Position numbers and translations under genes: made by a program. The notes beneath the pieces are model-generated. The model was given only the letters and a program-made list of their open reading frames with translations, was not told where the DNA came from and did no database searches. A stretch of DNA of 54,623 nt from Aplysia californica. Its lineage: Eukaryota. The DNA lies in assembly GCF_000002075.1 (NCBI RefSeq), contig NW_004797658.1, forward strand, positions 125,706 to 180,328. Reading direction: 5' to 3'. Of the stretch, positions 1 to 26,601 are shown in pieces. The first letter of the stretch is position 1; each line of letters opens with the position of its first letter.

Positions 1-1573
1 AGTCATTATTGTACACATATGACCATAGTCCCATCTTCCAAATCCCACCTTCTGTTTCCGATCTCTCATCTCTTGTTTCCCATGTACCGCATCCAATTTC
101 CCATATAAAATTTAATTCTGTTGCCAAAGTCCAAATCAGATGTGCTGTTCAAGCACAAGTTTTAAACAGCTTGATTTAATACTGTTTTATTCGGAATCAA
201 TGCTTGGTCTGCATGAGATTTCTTTGATGTATCCTCTTCAAAAGCGAGTTTATTTTTACTTTACCTAACTCACATTTCACCCAGCACGACTACAGGGATC
301 CATAATATTATTATTATTATATATATGATGTCAATTTGGTAAGAGAATTGCAGTCAGAATCAAACTTTAATATATAAGAAATGTAACAATCTGAAAAGAC
401 TACAAATATTTTGAAAATGCTCCCTCTAGAGAGAGGTAATGTGACTCTCTTTACACAGCACCAGTCGTCGTATTTCAAAGACCCAGGTGATGGGGAAACG
501 ACTAGTTGTTTGATATCATTAAGAAGAGACAAGGACAGTTTGAATCTGCAAGACATTGTTATAAAAGGTCGCAATTTCAGGTTGTAAAGAAATAGTAACT
601 TAGCAAGACTGCATTGTGTCGCCACAATACATTCACTTCTTAAGTTGGACAAAGAAATTTACTCTCCAAGCCCGTAATGTCATTATTGTCTGGTAATTCT
701 GTAATTAATATGATGTTGACCAGGGACAACGAGCTAGACACTTTAACCAATGTTGCGATATGAAGTGACTGGACAGTAAACAACATGAGTTCGATCGGTG
801 AACATCTTGCTGCTTAAAATCATTAAATAATTTTCCTCATTCTTGTTTGTTGATTTTCAGCGTGTCTGCGCTTCAAGAGCATGAATGTGGGTTTGTATCC
901 CAGTACCAAAGTGTTTTTTTTGTTTGGTTTTTCTTCTTCTTCTCCTTCCGACTGAAAAACAATTTTCCCCATAAATTTGTTGCTTTGTAATTTCTTATGT
1001 AGTGATGAAGCATGCAAATTCTGGTTTTGCCCCCAAGAGGAGCTTTTACTAAAGATCTAGAATCTAGGCCTACTTTTCCTTTTACCAATTTATGCCTGGT
1101 TAAAGTACATTTTCAACAGTGGTTTTCCTTAGTCTGTGAGTCTAAAATTTTTAATTTCTTTTAGAATCAGAGAGGCTAAATCTTAGCTCTTCAATTGCAA
1201 ATTTTCTTTATCCAGGGCCCTCCTGCTGCCCCCAGACCCCTGCCAATTGATCCTCCTGCCAATTATTATTCGACCTGGTTGGGGGCCCGGGGGCATGCAA
1301 ATTGTTGGTCACTAAGGAGAAGGAGAGGAAACATCCCCCCCAAGTTTCCGGGACCAAGATTCGATGCCACGCTTGTTGGAAGCACTGAGCATTAGAGAAC
1401 GTAGACAGCTTGTATTACGTCCTCTCTCTAACGTTAGAGAAGGTAGACATTACCCTAACTTATTCTAGAGACTAGATCTAGATCCAGATGCTAAACACAC
1501 CATACTAACTAGATTCTAGATCTATCTCTATGCTAAACAAATACTACTGGACTAGATCTCTACTAGATTCTAA

Positions 1574-1848
1574 GGCGCTTTTTCGGTAGTTCCCACCCCG
1601 CAATTTTATTCACGGGTTTGGGCCACAAGAGTAGGGGGGTTTCAAGGGGGCTTGCCCCCCTGACCTAATAAAAATAGGAAGGGGGGTTTCAGGGGGGCAT
1701 GCCCCCCTGAATTTTACCAAAATTTAATGTTTTGTAGTTGTTAGGTTTGATATCTTAGCTCACCGCGAATCAAACGTATAGATCTAGATCTAGATCTAGA
1801 TGTAGGTCAGGCTCAAATAAAGGGGGTGGGAACTACCGAAAAAGCACC
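1574..1848. mobile_element. Non-autonomous DNA transposon (MITE), Merlin-like ends
   Basis: 26-bp TIR GGCGCTTTTTCGGTAGTTCCCACCCC / GGGGTGGGAACTACCGAAAAAGCACC (1 mismatch). Perfect 8-bp TSD GATTCTAA at 1566-1573 and 1849-1856. GG termini plus 8-bp TSD fit Merlin; hAT or P not excluded. Confidence 0.8.
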
Positions 1849-2106
1849 GATTCTAATACTAGAGCTCTAGATTTCTCTAGATTAGAATATGGAAAGTAGC
1901 GTAGAGAAATGAATGAGGTGTAAACAATACATGTATATTATTATATTAGATCTAGATCTAACATACAAAAATAATAATATATAGATTCTAGATCTAGATC
2001 TAGATCTAGACATCTATAATTACTATTATTGTTGAGCAACATACAGTACATCAGGACAACAGTAGACCAACCACGTTACTTTTGTTATACTTTAATTTTA
2101 TAATAA

Positions 2107-2239
2107 CGAAGTGTATACAGACCCGGTAACCGGGAACAAAGTCACGAAGTATACAGACCCGGTAAGGGAACTCTTTTGTGATTTCGGAAAGTTTCAGCGC
2201 CCAGACCCGGTAGTGTGTGTGCGTGTGTGTGTGTGTGTG

Positions 2240-2297
<58 letters not shown>

Positions 2298-2963
2298 GAT
2301 NNNNNNNNNNNNNNNNNNNNNNNNNNNNNNNNNNNNNNNNNNNNNNNNNNNNNNNNNNNNNNNNNNNNNNNNNNNNNNNNNNNNNNNNNNNNNNNNNNNN
2401 AGAGAGAGAGAGAGAGAGCAGGGGGGAAGTGCTAGCAAAATGTATGACATGCCCAAGTTGGCAGGAGGGAACGAGAGAGATATATAGACGTCTAAGTCTA
2501 GTGGGAAATAGGTGGGGAGAAAGAAAGACAGAGACAAACAAAGAAAAAGAGAATGCGAGCAACAGAGCGAGAGAGAAATAGAGAGAATGACTGCTCGAGA
2601 GAAATTATGACATTCTTTTCTTCAAATTGTAATTCCTCCAACTCCAAAACGGAGGAAAAACGATCGTTCATTGAAAAGACATCCGCAATCTTCATTTAGA
2701 TCTAGAGAAATCTAGATCTTGATCTAGATTTTCTAGATCTAGAATCTAGATCTAGGCTAGCCTCGAAACTAGACCAAGGATTTATGTCTGTCTGTCTAGA
2801 TCTAGATCTAGCCTAGGCCATAAATCTACCAGAAGAACCTAGGTCTACCCTGAGCCAAGAGGGCGCTGAAACTTTCCGAAATCACAAAAGAGTTCCCCTA
2901 CCGGGTCTGTATACTTCGTGTTTTGTGACTTTGTTCCCGGTTACCGGGTCTGTATACACTCCC
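2107..2963 (-). mobile_element. Mutator-like (MULE) internally deleted element
   Basis: ~95-bp TIRs (2107-2202 and 2861-2963) with repeated GTATACAGACCCGGTA units. Near 9-bp TSD TTATAATAA/TAATAATAA. Internal minus-strand peptide MKIADVFSMNDRFSSVLELEELQFEEKNV resembles animal MULE transposase N-termini. Confidence 0.7.
2214..2420. repeat. (TG)n-(AG)n compound microsatellite spanning an assembly gap
   Basis: Directly visible; N gap at 2301-2400. Confidence 0.95.
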
Positions 2964-3384
2964 TAATAATAAAGTAATAAAGACATTAGAATTCTAAATC
3001 TATATTTGTAGATCTGTAGCCTAGATCTACATTTTCCAGCTAAGCAACTAAAAGATGAGCAAACGTTAAGTTATTATTTCTTATTATATTCCTTTTTTTT
3101 TCTTCACAGTAGATTCTAGATCTAGAATCTAGAATTCTAGATCTAGGCTGGATATCTAAAATATTTTGCGGGTTTTTCGGCCACCAAAATAAAAACACGA
3201 AAAATCTTCGACCGCCGAACCACTAAAACCGCCAATGACAATAATGGCGGACTAATAGCTTTCAACACTGCGACAAACAAATTATCAAACACTTCTTCGG
3301 GAATAAAGAAAGGTAGATCATGACAACTACATTTAGACACAACGGCGAGCTTTAAAAAAATATATTGATAACATCAATTCTTAC

Positions 3385-3500
3385 GTTTCAATCGTTGGCC
3401 TAAAACTACTTTAATCAACGACATGGACAACCGCCAAATGTAGATCTACATGCCACGGAGGACAGGAAAATGGCGGAGAAAATCTCCGATTTCATTGGTT
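3385..3500 (-). promoter_or_regulatory. Probable promoter and non-coding first exon of an unidentified minus-strand gene
   Basis: YY1-type motif AAAATGGCGG at 3467-3476, minus-strand CCAAT near 3495, CpG-rich, and a minus-strand donor AAC|GTAAGA at 3385/3384. Confidence 0.4.
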
Positions 3501-4559
3501 CGAAATTGCACTGCGTTCCAGTTTGGCCGGTTTTTTAACCAAACGTTATAGATCCAGATTCTCACACCATGGCAGGTTCAGGTTCAAGGTTTTCGGTTTC
3601 CACTCTTTGCCGGTGTCCTCTTCTTGGCCTTGTTCCTTTAGAACTTCTCAAGTGTTACCAAAACCCAACATTCGTTTGACTTTTAGAGAATGTCTTTGCC
3701 TGTTCCCTTTTGTCAGTGAAGCAACAAATACAAAATACGCTGTTCTGACTAGACTTTATATATATGTAATCATTCTTTTCTGCTCTCTTATCTTTAATTT
3801 TTTTAAAATACGAAATCTCTGTGAGGAACCCAATTTCACGCGCATACTCTTAAATCTAGATTAGATCTAATATAGAATCTAGATCTAGATTCTAGATATA
3901 GATCTATCATACTGCGTTCCTCGTGGGCACAAATCATAAAGTGGGCAAATATAATACCTTTGGCTCATTAAAAGTGTAAGCGGGCAAATATGCATGCTTA
4001 CAATTGATAATATTTGTTCTTTTGCAGTGTGTTTTTGTTTTGTTGATAGCCTTGTGAAGTGGAAAGAAAAAATTAATTAATTAAAGTGTTTGTGTTTAGA
4101 AGGGTAACGAAACGGAACATACAAAATAATTTAGGCTACAAACTGCAGACTGCAGTAAGCTGCCACACACCTCAACACGGTACATTAATATAAACAACAT
4201 CACCACATGCTGCAAGAGCAGGGAGATATTCCGTTGCCTATGGTAAGAAAGGACTCTGCACTGTTTTCCCTAACAGAGAAATTGTTGTTAGTGATAATAT
4301 AATCGATATCTCCATTCACTACATATTTTGACTCTATGATCTGATTTCTATTTGAAGTGAATGGACCAGAGTGATGGACATGCAATTATTAAACGTAGAA
4401 AGGACGCAAACTATTTTTAGGTAAGGCGCCCATCTTGTCAGACCAGGATACCCCTCCGATCAGGTGATTACATCTAAGTATAGCCAACCGCATGGCACCA
4501 AAGATGGAAGTGTCTATGTATATGATGCTTAATCTACACCTCTTTCTATTTTCTGGGAA

Positions 4560-4725
4560 GTTCTGATGGCTGAATGGACAGCGCGTCTGCGTCGGAAGTC
4601 GTGCAATGATTTTTGGAGCAGTTCGATCCCGGCTCCGGACAGTTGTTTTTTCTCTTCTCCTCGATCCTCCCGACTGACCAACAGTCGCATAAATTATAGG
4701 CCTAATTTGTAGAGCTGCTTTGAAG
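4560..4725 (+). mobile_element. tRNA-derived SINE fragment
   Basis: A box TGGCTGAATGG, B box GTTCGATCC, partial acceptor-stem pairing GTTCTGA/TCCGGAC, no intact anticodon arm. Confidence 0.55.
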
Positions 4726-4764
4726 TTGTTTTTTTTCTTTTTAAATATATTAGTTAGTGATTAA

Positions 4765-5444
4765 CTCTTATGGGCCGTAACGACACATACTGTGTTGTTT
4801 CCGCCGACCGCCATCAGCCGGGACGATACATACTGTGTTGTTTTTATTTCCTTATTCAAAGACGAAGATGAAACCGATACTAGTTTTCTCCGATGGGTTT
4901 AGCATGGGTTAAAGGTCACATCCACCGTTTGTAAAAAATATAGCGGGGATTTTCAATTGTTTACAGTGCGTTGATGCGAGTTTCGAGCTTTGTTTTGCGT
5001 TGGGGTTCGTGTGTCGTTTCTGAAATTTTCATTATGCCAAAGAATAAGCTTTCTGGGTCGTCAGGTAAACGCTTGGTAAGGCACACTGCTGAGAAAGCAA
5101 GTGAATTACTGAGAGAACTTATCGATAACACAGATTTAGTAGTAGAAAGTGGTGAGTCTGACTTTGTCACGGAAAGAAGAAATTTTTTTTTCATTTTTCT
5201 CTTTTTTTTAAATTTCGTAATGTTATGTAACTCTTCAAAACTAACACATTTTCCTTTGAATTTCAATATTTTTATACTAATCTTATTCTACGTTCAATGC
5301 CCTTTACAATGATGTATAATATGTGTACATTACTAACAGGGAAACACACTAAAAACACAAAAGAAAATATCATATGTGATTTCCCTTGGTCAGCCATGAT
5401 TTAATTCCGGTGAATCCAGGGTAAATAATGCCGGTCTATAAGAG
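4765..5444 (+). mobile_element. piggyBac-like deletion derivative retaining a transposase 5' fragment
   Basis: TTAA|CTCTTATGGGCCG ... CCGGTCTATAAGAG|TTTAA ends, subterminal direct repeat ACATACTGTGTTGTTT x2, internal ATG 5034 MPKNKLSGSSGKRLVRHTAEKASELLRELIDNTDLVVESGESDF (basic then acidic, as in piggyBac N-termini). Confidence 0.65.
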
Positions 5445-5539
5445 TTTAAAATGCAGGAGGGGGGGGGGGGTAGATCTAGATTTAAATAGATCTAGATCTA
5501 GATAGATCTAGATCTAATCCTCTTGCGTCTTTACGGCAA

Positions 5540-5870
5540 TTTTCGTGCGGTCTTCCATCATGTCGAATCTAGATCTAGGAAATCCGAAATGTTACCGAAA
5601 ACACGTCGGTCCATGTGGGTATCCCAGGGAGTGATGACATCATAGTACTAAAATTAGCAGCCAATCAGAAATATGCGTCTTTTCTACGTTTAACAGCATG
5701 TTGTAACAACAGTTGGCTTCCGCTAGAGAAAGGAAGAGACGGAAGGCGGAGACATTGTTGTATTGTTGAGTGTTGGCTCTATTTTCGAGATGACAATGTT
5801 TTTGTTTAGACTTAGTAGATCTACAATCTAGATTCGCACAGCAAAAATAAGATTGGACCCTCAGGTTTCC
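5540..5870 (+). promoter_or_regulatory. Probable DUS2 promoter and non-coding first exon
   Basis: Consensus NF-Y box AGCCAATCAG at 5659-5668, ETS-like CTTCCG and CGGAAG at 5717-5746, CpG-rich. The DUS2 ATG exon begins at a splice acceptor (10664|10665), so an upstream UTR exon is expected. Confidence 0.5.
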
Positions 5871-5951
5871 CAGATGACTATGCCTATAGATACTATGCCT
5901 ATTGACATTGTTTTCTGCAATTTTATTCTCTTACTAGATCTAGATCTAAGT

Positions 5952-6185
5952 GCGCTGGCGGAGTGGTTAGTGCGCTTGTCTCCGAAGAGGAAAGTCCAGT
6001 TCGAGCCTCGTTTCGGACACCGAGCAGTATTGGGTATCTAACTTTGAGTTTCAGAAATAATAAAGGGGGCGTGGAAAGGAACTGGCCACCCTACCACAAT
6101 AATGCCGAAGGCCCAGGAAGTAGTCTCAAAAATAAGGCAATCCCCAATGTCCAGATCGGATGCGGGAACAACTTTACATTTTTTA
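5952..6185 (+). mobile_element. tRNA-derived SINE
   Basis: A box TGGCGGAGTGG, B box GTTCGAGCC, body motifs GGGTATCT and GGAACTGGCCACCCTACC, tail TTTACATTTTTTAC. Confidence 0.7.
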
Positions 6186-6779
6186 CTGCCACGTTATAGA
6201 GTGCAGGCGGTAGTCCACGCTACCCTAAGTATATATAAAGTCACCTTGCCAGTCCCCGGTGAGAGGGGAGGTGTAACCCCTCAGTGACTGATGAGAAGCA
6301 GATTTCGTCTGCTATGGTCGGCCCAGCTCAATATGCCTGCTTCGTTTGCCCTCCTCCCTCAGTAGTAGTATTTGTGTGGCAAAGTGAGGACGGATGTGTG
6401 TGACAATCAGCGGGGATACACGTTCCTGCTGGAGGGGCTGCGCGTTAGGATAGGGAGAGTCTTGTAACATGCCCTAATAACTTATTATTATGAATCTTGT
6501 AGGCTGACGTGTGTATGATTTTCATATCACAAAGGAGGAAATATTCTTACAAATTATACACAAGAGTTAGTTTCAAGTAACATTCAATTTTAATGTATAG
6601 CCAAAAGAGAAAAAAAAAACCCAAAATAACTGAATCCAACACTTACAATGTAAACAGTAATCTGGTAGTGAGTCTAGATAACAATGAAAATCATGAATTA
6701 AATTATATAAGAACAGCAAAGTAGATCTACATATATGGATTTATTAAGTGCACATAGATAAACAAAGTTATTGTTCACA

Positions 6780-9597
6780 CTATTTGTATTAAAACAAATT
6801 GGGATGGGGAGATTAGGACTTCAACACAGCAAAAGAGCTCGATGTCCATGGCATCCAGGTCTTCCTGAGTCTTGTCCTTCAGGTCCATCTGTTTGACACA
6901 GTTGGCGTGCCACCACTTGTCACAAAGTATGCACTGGGTGTGCTCTACTTGTCCTGCAGTGGTAGGTCCACACCAAGCACAGTCGACCGCAATGTCCTCT
7001 CAATCGTCGGAGCTGTCGTCATACACCGGCTCTTCTCCCTAGTTTTCTCCCTTCATCCTCTTTCTTCTACTGTGAGGCCACAACCAAAGCATTCGTGTTC
7101 TTCTCCTGAATTCTCCTCCTCTTTCTCCTTCTTCGCTTGCTCCCTTATCATTTTCTTCCTTTTTGGCGTTCCCTCTTTTCTTCAGCTTATATGCTAGGCG
7201 TTCCATCTTTCTCTGCTCCCTTTGCTTCTTTCTTTGCTGTTGTTCTTCTTCCGCCTTCCTCTTCTTTGTGAATATAATCTCTTATAGTCATTTCCACTGA
7301 TGGACAATGGCTCAGGTGGCTGAGGCCTTTTAACGCCCTTGTTCTTTGAACATGACAGCAATGTGAGCACCTTGTCGATGGTCGTCTGCCTAAAGGGGGT
7401 CTGAGGTTCCAGGACTCTTGCTGATGGCTGGGGGAGCGGAGGAGCCAGTTGTTCAATATTGTCCATCAGACTGGACCACATGTTGTAGTCGGGGTCGATC
7501 TTGAGGTCGTATCCATTGTCATACCTCTTGAGGTACTGGTCCACCTTCTCCTCCCCAAGCTTAAAGTTCATGGAGAATATTTCATTGAGTCGATGACAGC
7601 AAGTTTGTGACGTCATGGATGGCTCAGAGGCAGAAGAGGTGGGTGGGGCAGAGACAGACGAAGTGGATGGAACAGAGGCAGACGAGGTGGATGGGGCAGA
7701 GGGAGATGAGGTGGTCACAAGTGGAAGGTAGGGGCAGGGGACCTTGTGAAGGTGCAGCTAGGTTTCAGCTTGTCACTTGTGAGGACAATGTCAGGGTTGT
7801 AGGGCAACAGCCCTGACTTGGTGAATCCCCTCATGGCTGTTTCTGGCCGAGCTGCTGTTGTCCAGGCCTTCTTCAGGACGCCGGCAAATGTCCTCAGTGT
7901 GACGGATTCCAAGGTGTTAGTCACGAACTTCCTCACCTCCTCTTGCCACGCTGGCTTGTTGGCCCTGAAGAAAGACTGGCCTAGAGGCTGTATCAGGTGG
8001 TTGGTATGGGCCTTTAGGCCTTTTGATATTACCCCGTTCTGGCTGCAGAGGTCTGAGACCTCAAGCGAGCGATGGTTGGAGTGGCTGTGGACAAACAAAA
8101 CGACAGGCCTCTTTATGCCCTCTCTCTCTAAGTGAGGGATGAAAATATCCCTAAGAAAACTGAGGAAAACGCCCTCAGTTATCCATCCATTGTCTCCCTT
8201 GTTGAAGAATGCTTGCTCAAAGTCCTCAAGAGCATTGTATAGTGGATCCCTCTTGTAGGGAAAGATGAGGAGAGGTGGAAGGTACTGCCCATTTGCAAAG
8301 ATGCAGGCAAGGGTGGTGACCTGCTGCCGTGACCCCCTAGTTATGGTGTAGACACGCTTGGCCCCTCTTTCGTTAATCACCTTTTTGGTCTTTGGGCAAA
8401 CACTGAAGCCTGACTTGTCCACTTTGAAGATGTGGTATGGGGACGTGAAGAGGGAAGGGTCTTGCTGATCGATGTACTCCTTCATCTCCTGGAACCAGGC
8501 ATGCAGGCTGTCCCTCGTCACAACAGCCCTCTGTTTTCCGAGAGCCTGCGATGCCCTTTCAGATAGTTGGGGACGACACTTAAAAAGGCCTGGACCCTGT
8601 CTTTCCCAGGCCTGTTGTCCTTGAAGTTGGTTGTCCGTTTCTGTGCGTCAAGGATCTTCTTCACCACATCCTTCAGGTGCTCACGTGTGCGGCTAAAGCC
8701 ACGTTTTCTCAACTCCTGGAGCCAGGCCACGAGCTTCAGCTCCTCTTCGATGGACGGGATGGTCTTTGGCTGGGCTTTGACTGGCTTTGGTCTTCTGATC
8801 TTGTCCCCAGCATGGAGTAGGGGACGTTGAAGGTCTTCGAGGCACTGTTCAAAGACATGTGTTTTACTTTGACTAACTCAATTGCTCGTTCCGGGATCAC
8901 TTGTGTACAGTAGTCTCCGCCTAAACGCACACGGTGCTCGGGATGGCTCCTTAGCGTGTGTTTAAACGGAGCGTGCGTGTACATGAACCTTAGCGAAGGA
9001 AGGAAAGGACGCAGTCATGTCATTGCCTTGGTATACTAGTTACCTCCCTTTGGGGTGGGGGCCACTTTGGCCGATAATGTGACGACACGTGACTGTTTTG
9101 TAAAAGATTCCCTGTATACATTATGGTTCATTCATTACATCAAATCTGTCTTTCTGCGCACCCCCCCACACACACACACCTATTCAAACCTTCTCTCAAA
9201 AGAGATACATTTCCAGTGACCAATCAAATAACGTTTCAGTCCCCCAACCCCCCAACATTTCACCGACAAGTCCTAGAGAGTCCTAGACTTATGTTTCTGT
9301 GGAAAGATGGGTGGGAAAACGCTGTCCATCGCTCTCTTTGTTCGGCGTAAGGGGCAGTCTCGCCAAATATCCGGTTTTCTAGGCTTGTCGTAGTGAAAAT
9401 TTCCCTTAGTCAAGCTTTACCTGTCTGTGTGTTTCACAGATCGGAGCGTGCGTTTAGAGGGAGTGACCGTGCGTTTGTACGTCTAAATTGTATAGTGAAA
9501 AACCCGTCAGATGACGAAAGCGTGCATTTGAGTGGAGCATGCTTTTGTGTGGCGTGCGTTTAGGCGGAGACTACTGTATAGGTTTCCATTTGGGTTT
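6780..9597 (-). mobile_element. Degenerate pogo-like transposase (psq-type HTH, CENP-B HTH, DDE, Lys/Glu-rich linker, PHD finger)
   Basis: Frameshifted fragments: AIELVKVKHMSLNSASKTFNVP (8830-8900), WLQELRKRGFSRT..FKDNRPGKD (8518-8730), DDE core 7715-8521 (IFKVDKSGF, GWITEGVF, VVLFVHSHSNH, HLIQPLG), and PHD-like CAWC..QCILCDKWWHANC (6830-6985). Second and third catalytic Asp positions are substituted. No TIRs identified. Confidence 0.88.
8908..9576. mobile_element. pogo/Tc1-type MITE nested in the transposase N-terminus
   Basis: Perfect 23-bp TIR CAGTAGTCTCCGCCTAAACGCAC, TA TSD on both sides, subterminal GTGCGTTTA repeats. Confidence 0.9.
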
Positions 9598-10635
9598 CTG
9601 AAATTAAAGTAAATCATTGTGGAAATTGTTTCCTTGCCTTTACACAAACATAAACAGCACTGCATAGAACATTTTTCATCTATAAAGATCATCTTGACAA
9701 TTTTAAAGTTTACACAAAGATACTATAATAGTTTACTCAAAGATAATGCCCAGCAGGCTCTTTACAGAGTAGGCCTAGATCTATAACATAACAACTCTAT
9801 TTGAGCTCTCTTTCATCATTTACTGGCAAAAGAGCAGTGTTGATACATGATCCCTCGTTGACCCGACTAGCCACCAGAGTGGCAGGTCGCACGCTACCCC
9901 ATTACGCAAAACCCTGCCTTACTAGACGCCATGGCGGCACTGCGGCCTACCCCCACACAGAGAGGCTGAGCGGCTCAGTGCTTTGCTTTGTACTGATGCT
10001 ACATGCACTACATACTGCTTTGTGTTTAGTACAAGTATACACATCTTCATAAAATGCATTGACAGCCTTACAACTGCTAGTCGATGCACTGTTAGAATAC
10101 GTAATCAGCAAGCTTGGAAATAACTTACGTCTGTGTACGTGCAGTATGCAACCACAGCGACCTGCCAAGAATCTGGAGCCTCAGGGAAGGGTGCTGTCGG
10201 ATGTTGATAAACTCGGGAACACTCTAAACATTAGATCTACAATTAATAATTGATCAGAAAAAACATTCTAAACTAAAGTCTTTAGTTTAAAAGTGCTTTA
10301 TTTTCTCACTTCTTTTATTCACTACCACCGTGTGTGGCAGTTATAACTGTGTTTGTATTGAGCGACAACAACACTTCTGGAAGAGACGCTCTCATTACTA
10401 TCAAGCAAAATAAACAAGACACACCCCTATAACTGTCATCAGATGACAGGGTAGTAAAAATTATGAAAATTAAAGCTTCTATGGATGTTTCTTGAGAAAT
10501 TTTAGAACTCACTGTCAGTAAGAATAGAATTATAGAAAACAATACTAGCCCTGATGCACCAAAAGGCGACTTTGGTCATTGATGATTTATTTATTGCTAT
10601 TTGAATTTGAAGTTGTTTGATATCCCTGTCAGTAG

Positions 10636-26067
<15,432 letters not shown>

Positions 26068-26197
26068 ATGCTCAACAGGCTCAACAGACTCAACTTGTTT
26101 GTGGGGACACTTTCTCTTGTTTTTTTGCGATTGTTTGATATATATATTATATATGTAACAAAGTGTGTCACAACACGCTGAAATCAGACTCCTCTAA

Positions 26198-26601
26198 CCC
26201 CCCAGGGTGGTGCCACTGACTGAAGTGTCTTTAGGCCATTCACAAAGGGGGGGCATTTCTCGTTCATGCACAGTAGAATTGTAAATGGGCTGATTCTTCA
26301 ATGTCACGCTCATCATAACTGTGCCTGATCTACAACAGGGAACTGCTGCTTTTTCTTTCCTAATCCTTACTATTGCAATATTTCCTCTACTTCTTTTGTA
26401 TGTTTGTCCCACTCTTGCGACTCACTACCTCCGGGGTGCCTTGATAGTCGAAGCAGACTTTGTGCTGTTGAAGCTAGAGAGGTGAGCAGAGTAAGTCTGA
26501 TTCCCTGTTGTAAGGACTTCTCTGTTGACATCCACCCCTTGGCACTCATATGACCTTATGAAGTTGCGAGCGCCGTAAAACCTCTACTAAAACTAAAACT
26601 A
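26198..26601 (+). mobile_element. SINE-like retroposon, copy 2, in the probable DUS2 3' UTR
   Basis: Same 5' start and same (TAAAAC)n tail as 14307-14705; flanks AGACTCCTC/AGACACCTC. Confidence 0.85.

Noticed and set aside
317-652. 111-aa minus-strand ORF and neighbouring short ORFs
   Set aside because: Non-ATG start, no recognisable domain and no supporting splice pattern.
4560-4640. Possible tRNA gene
   Set aside because: A and B boxes are present but the anticodon and variable arms do not fold; better explained as a SINE head. The same applies at 5952 and 19850-19923.
6287-6320. Hammerhead ribozyme core (CTGATGA)
   Set aside because: No GAAA after the putative stem II and no stem I pairing. 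The CTGATGA near 51413 fails likewise.
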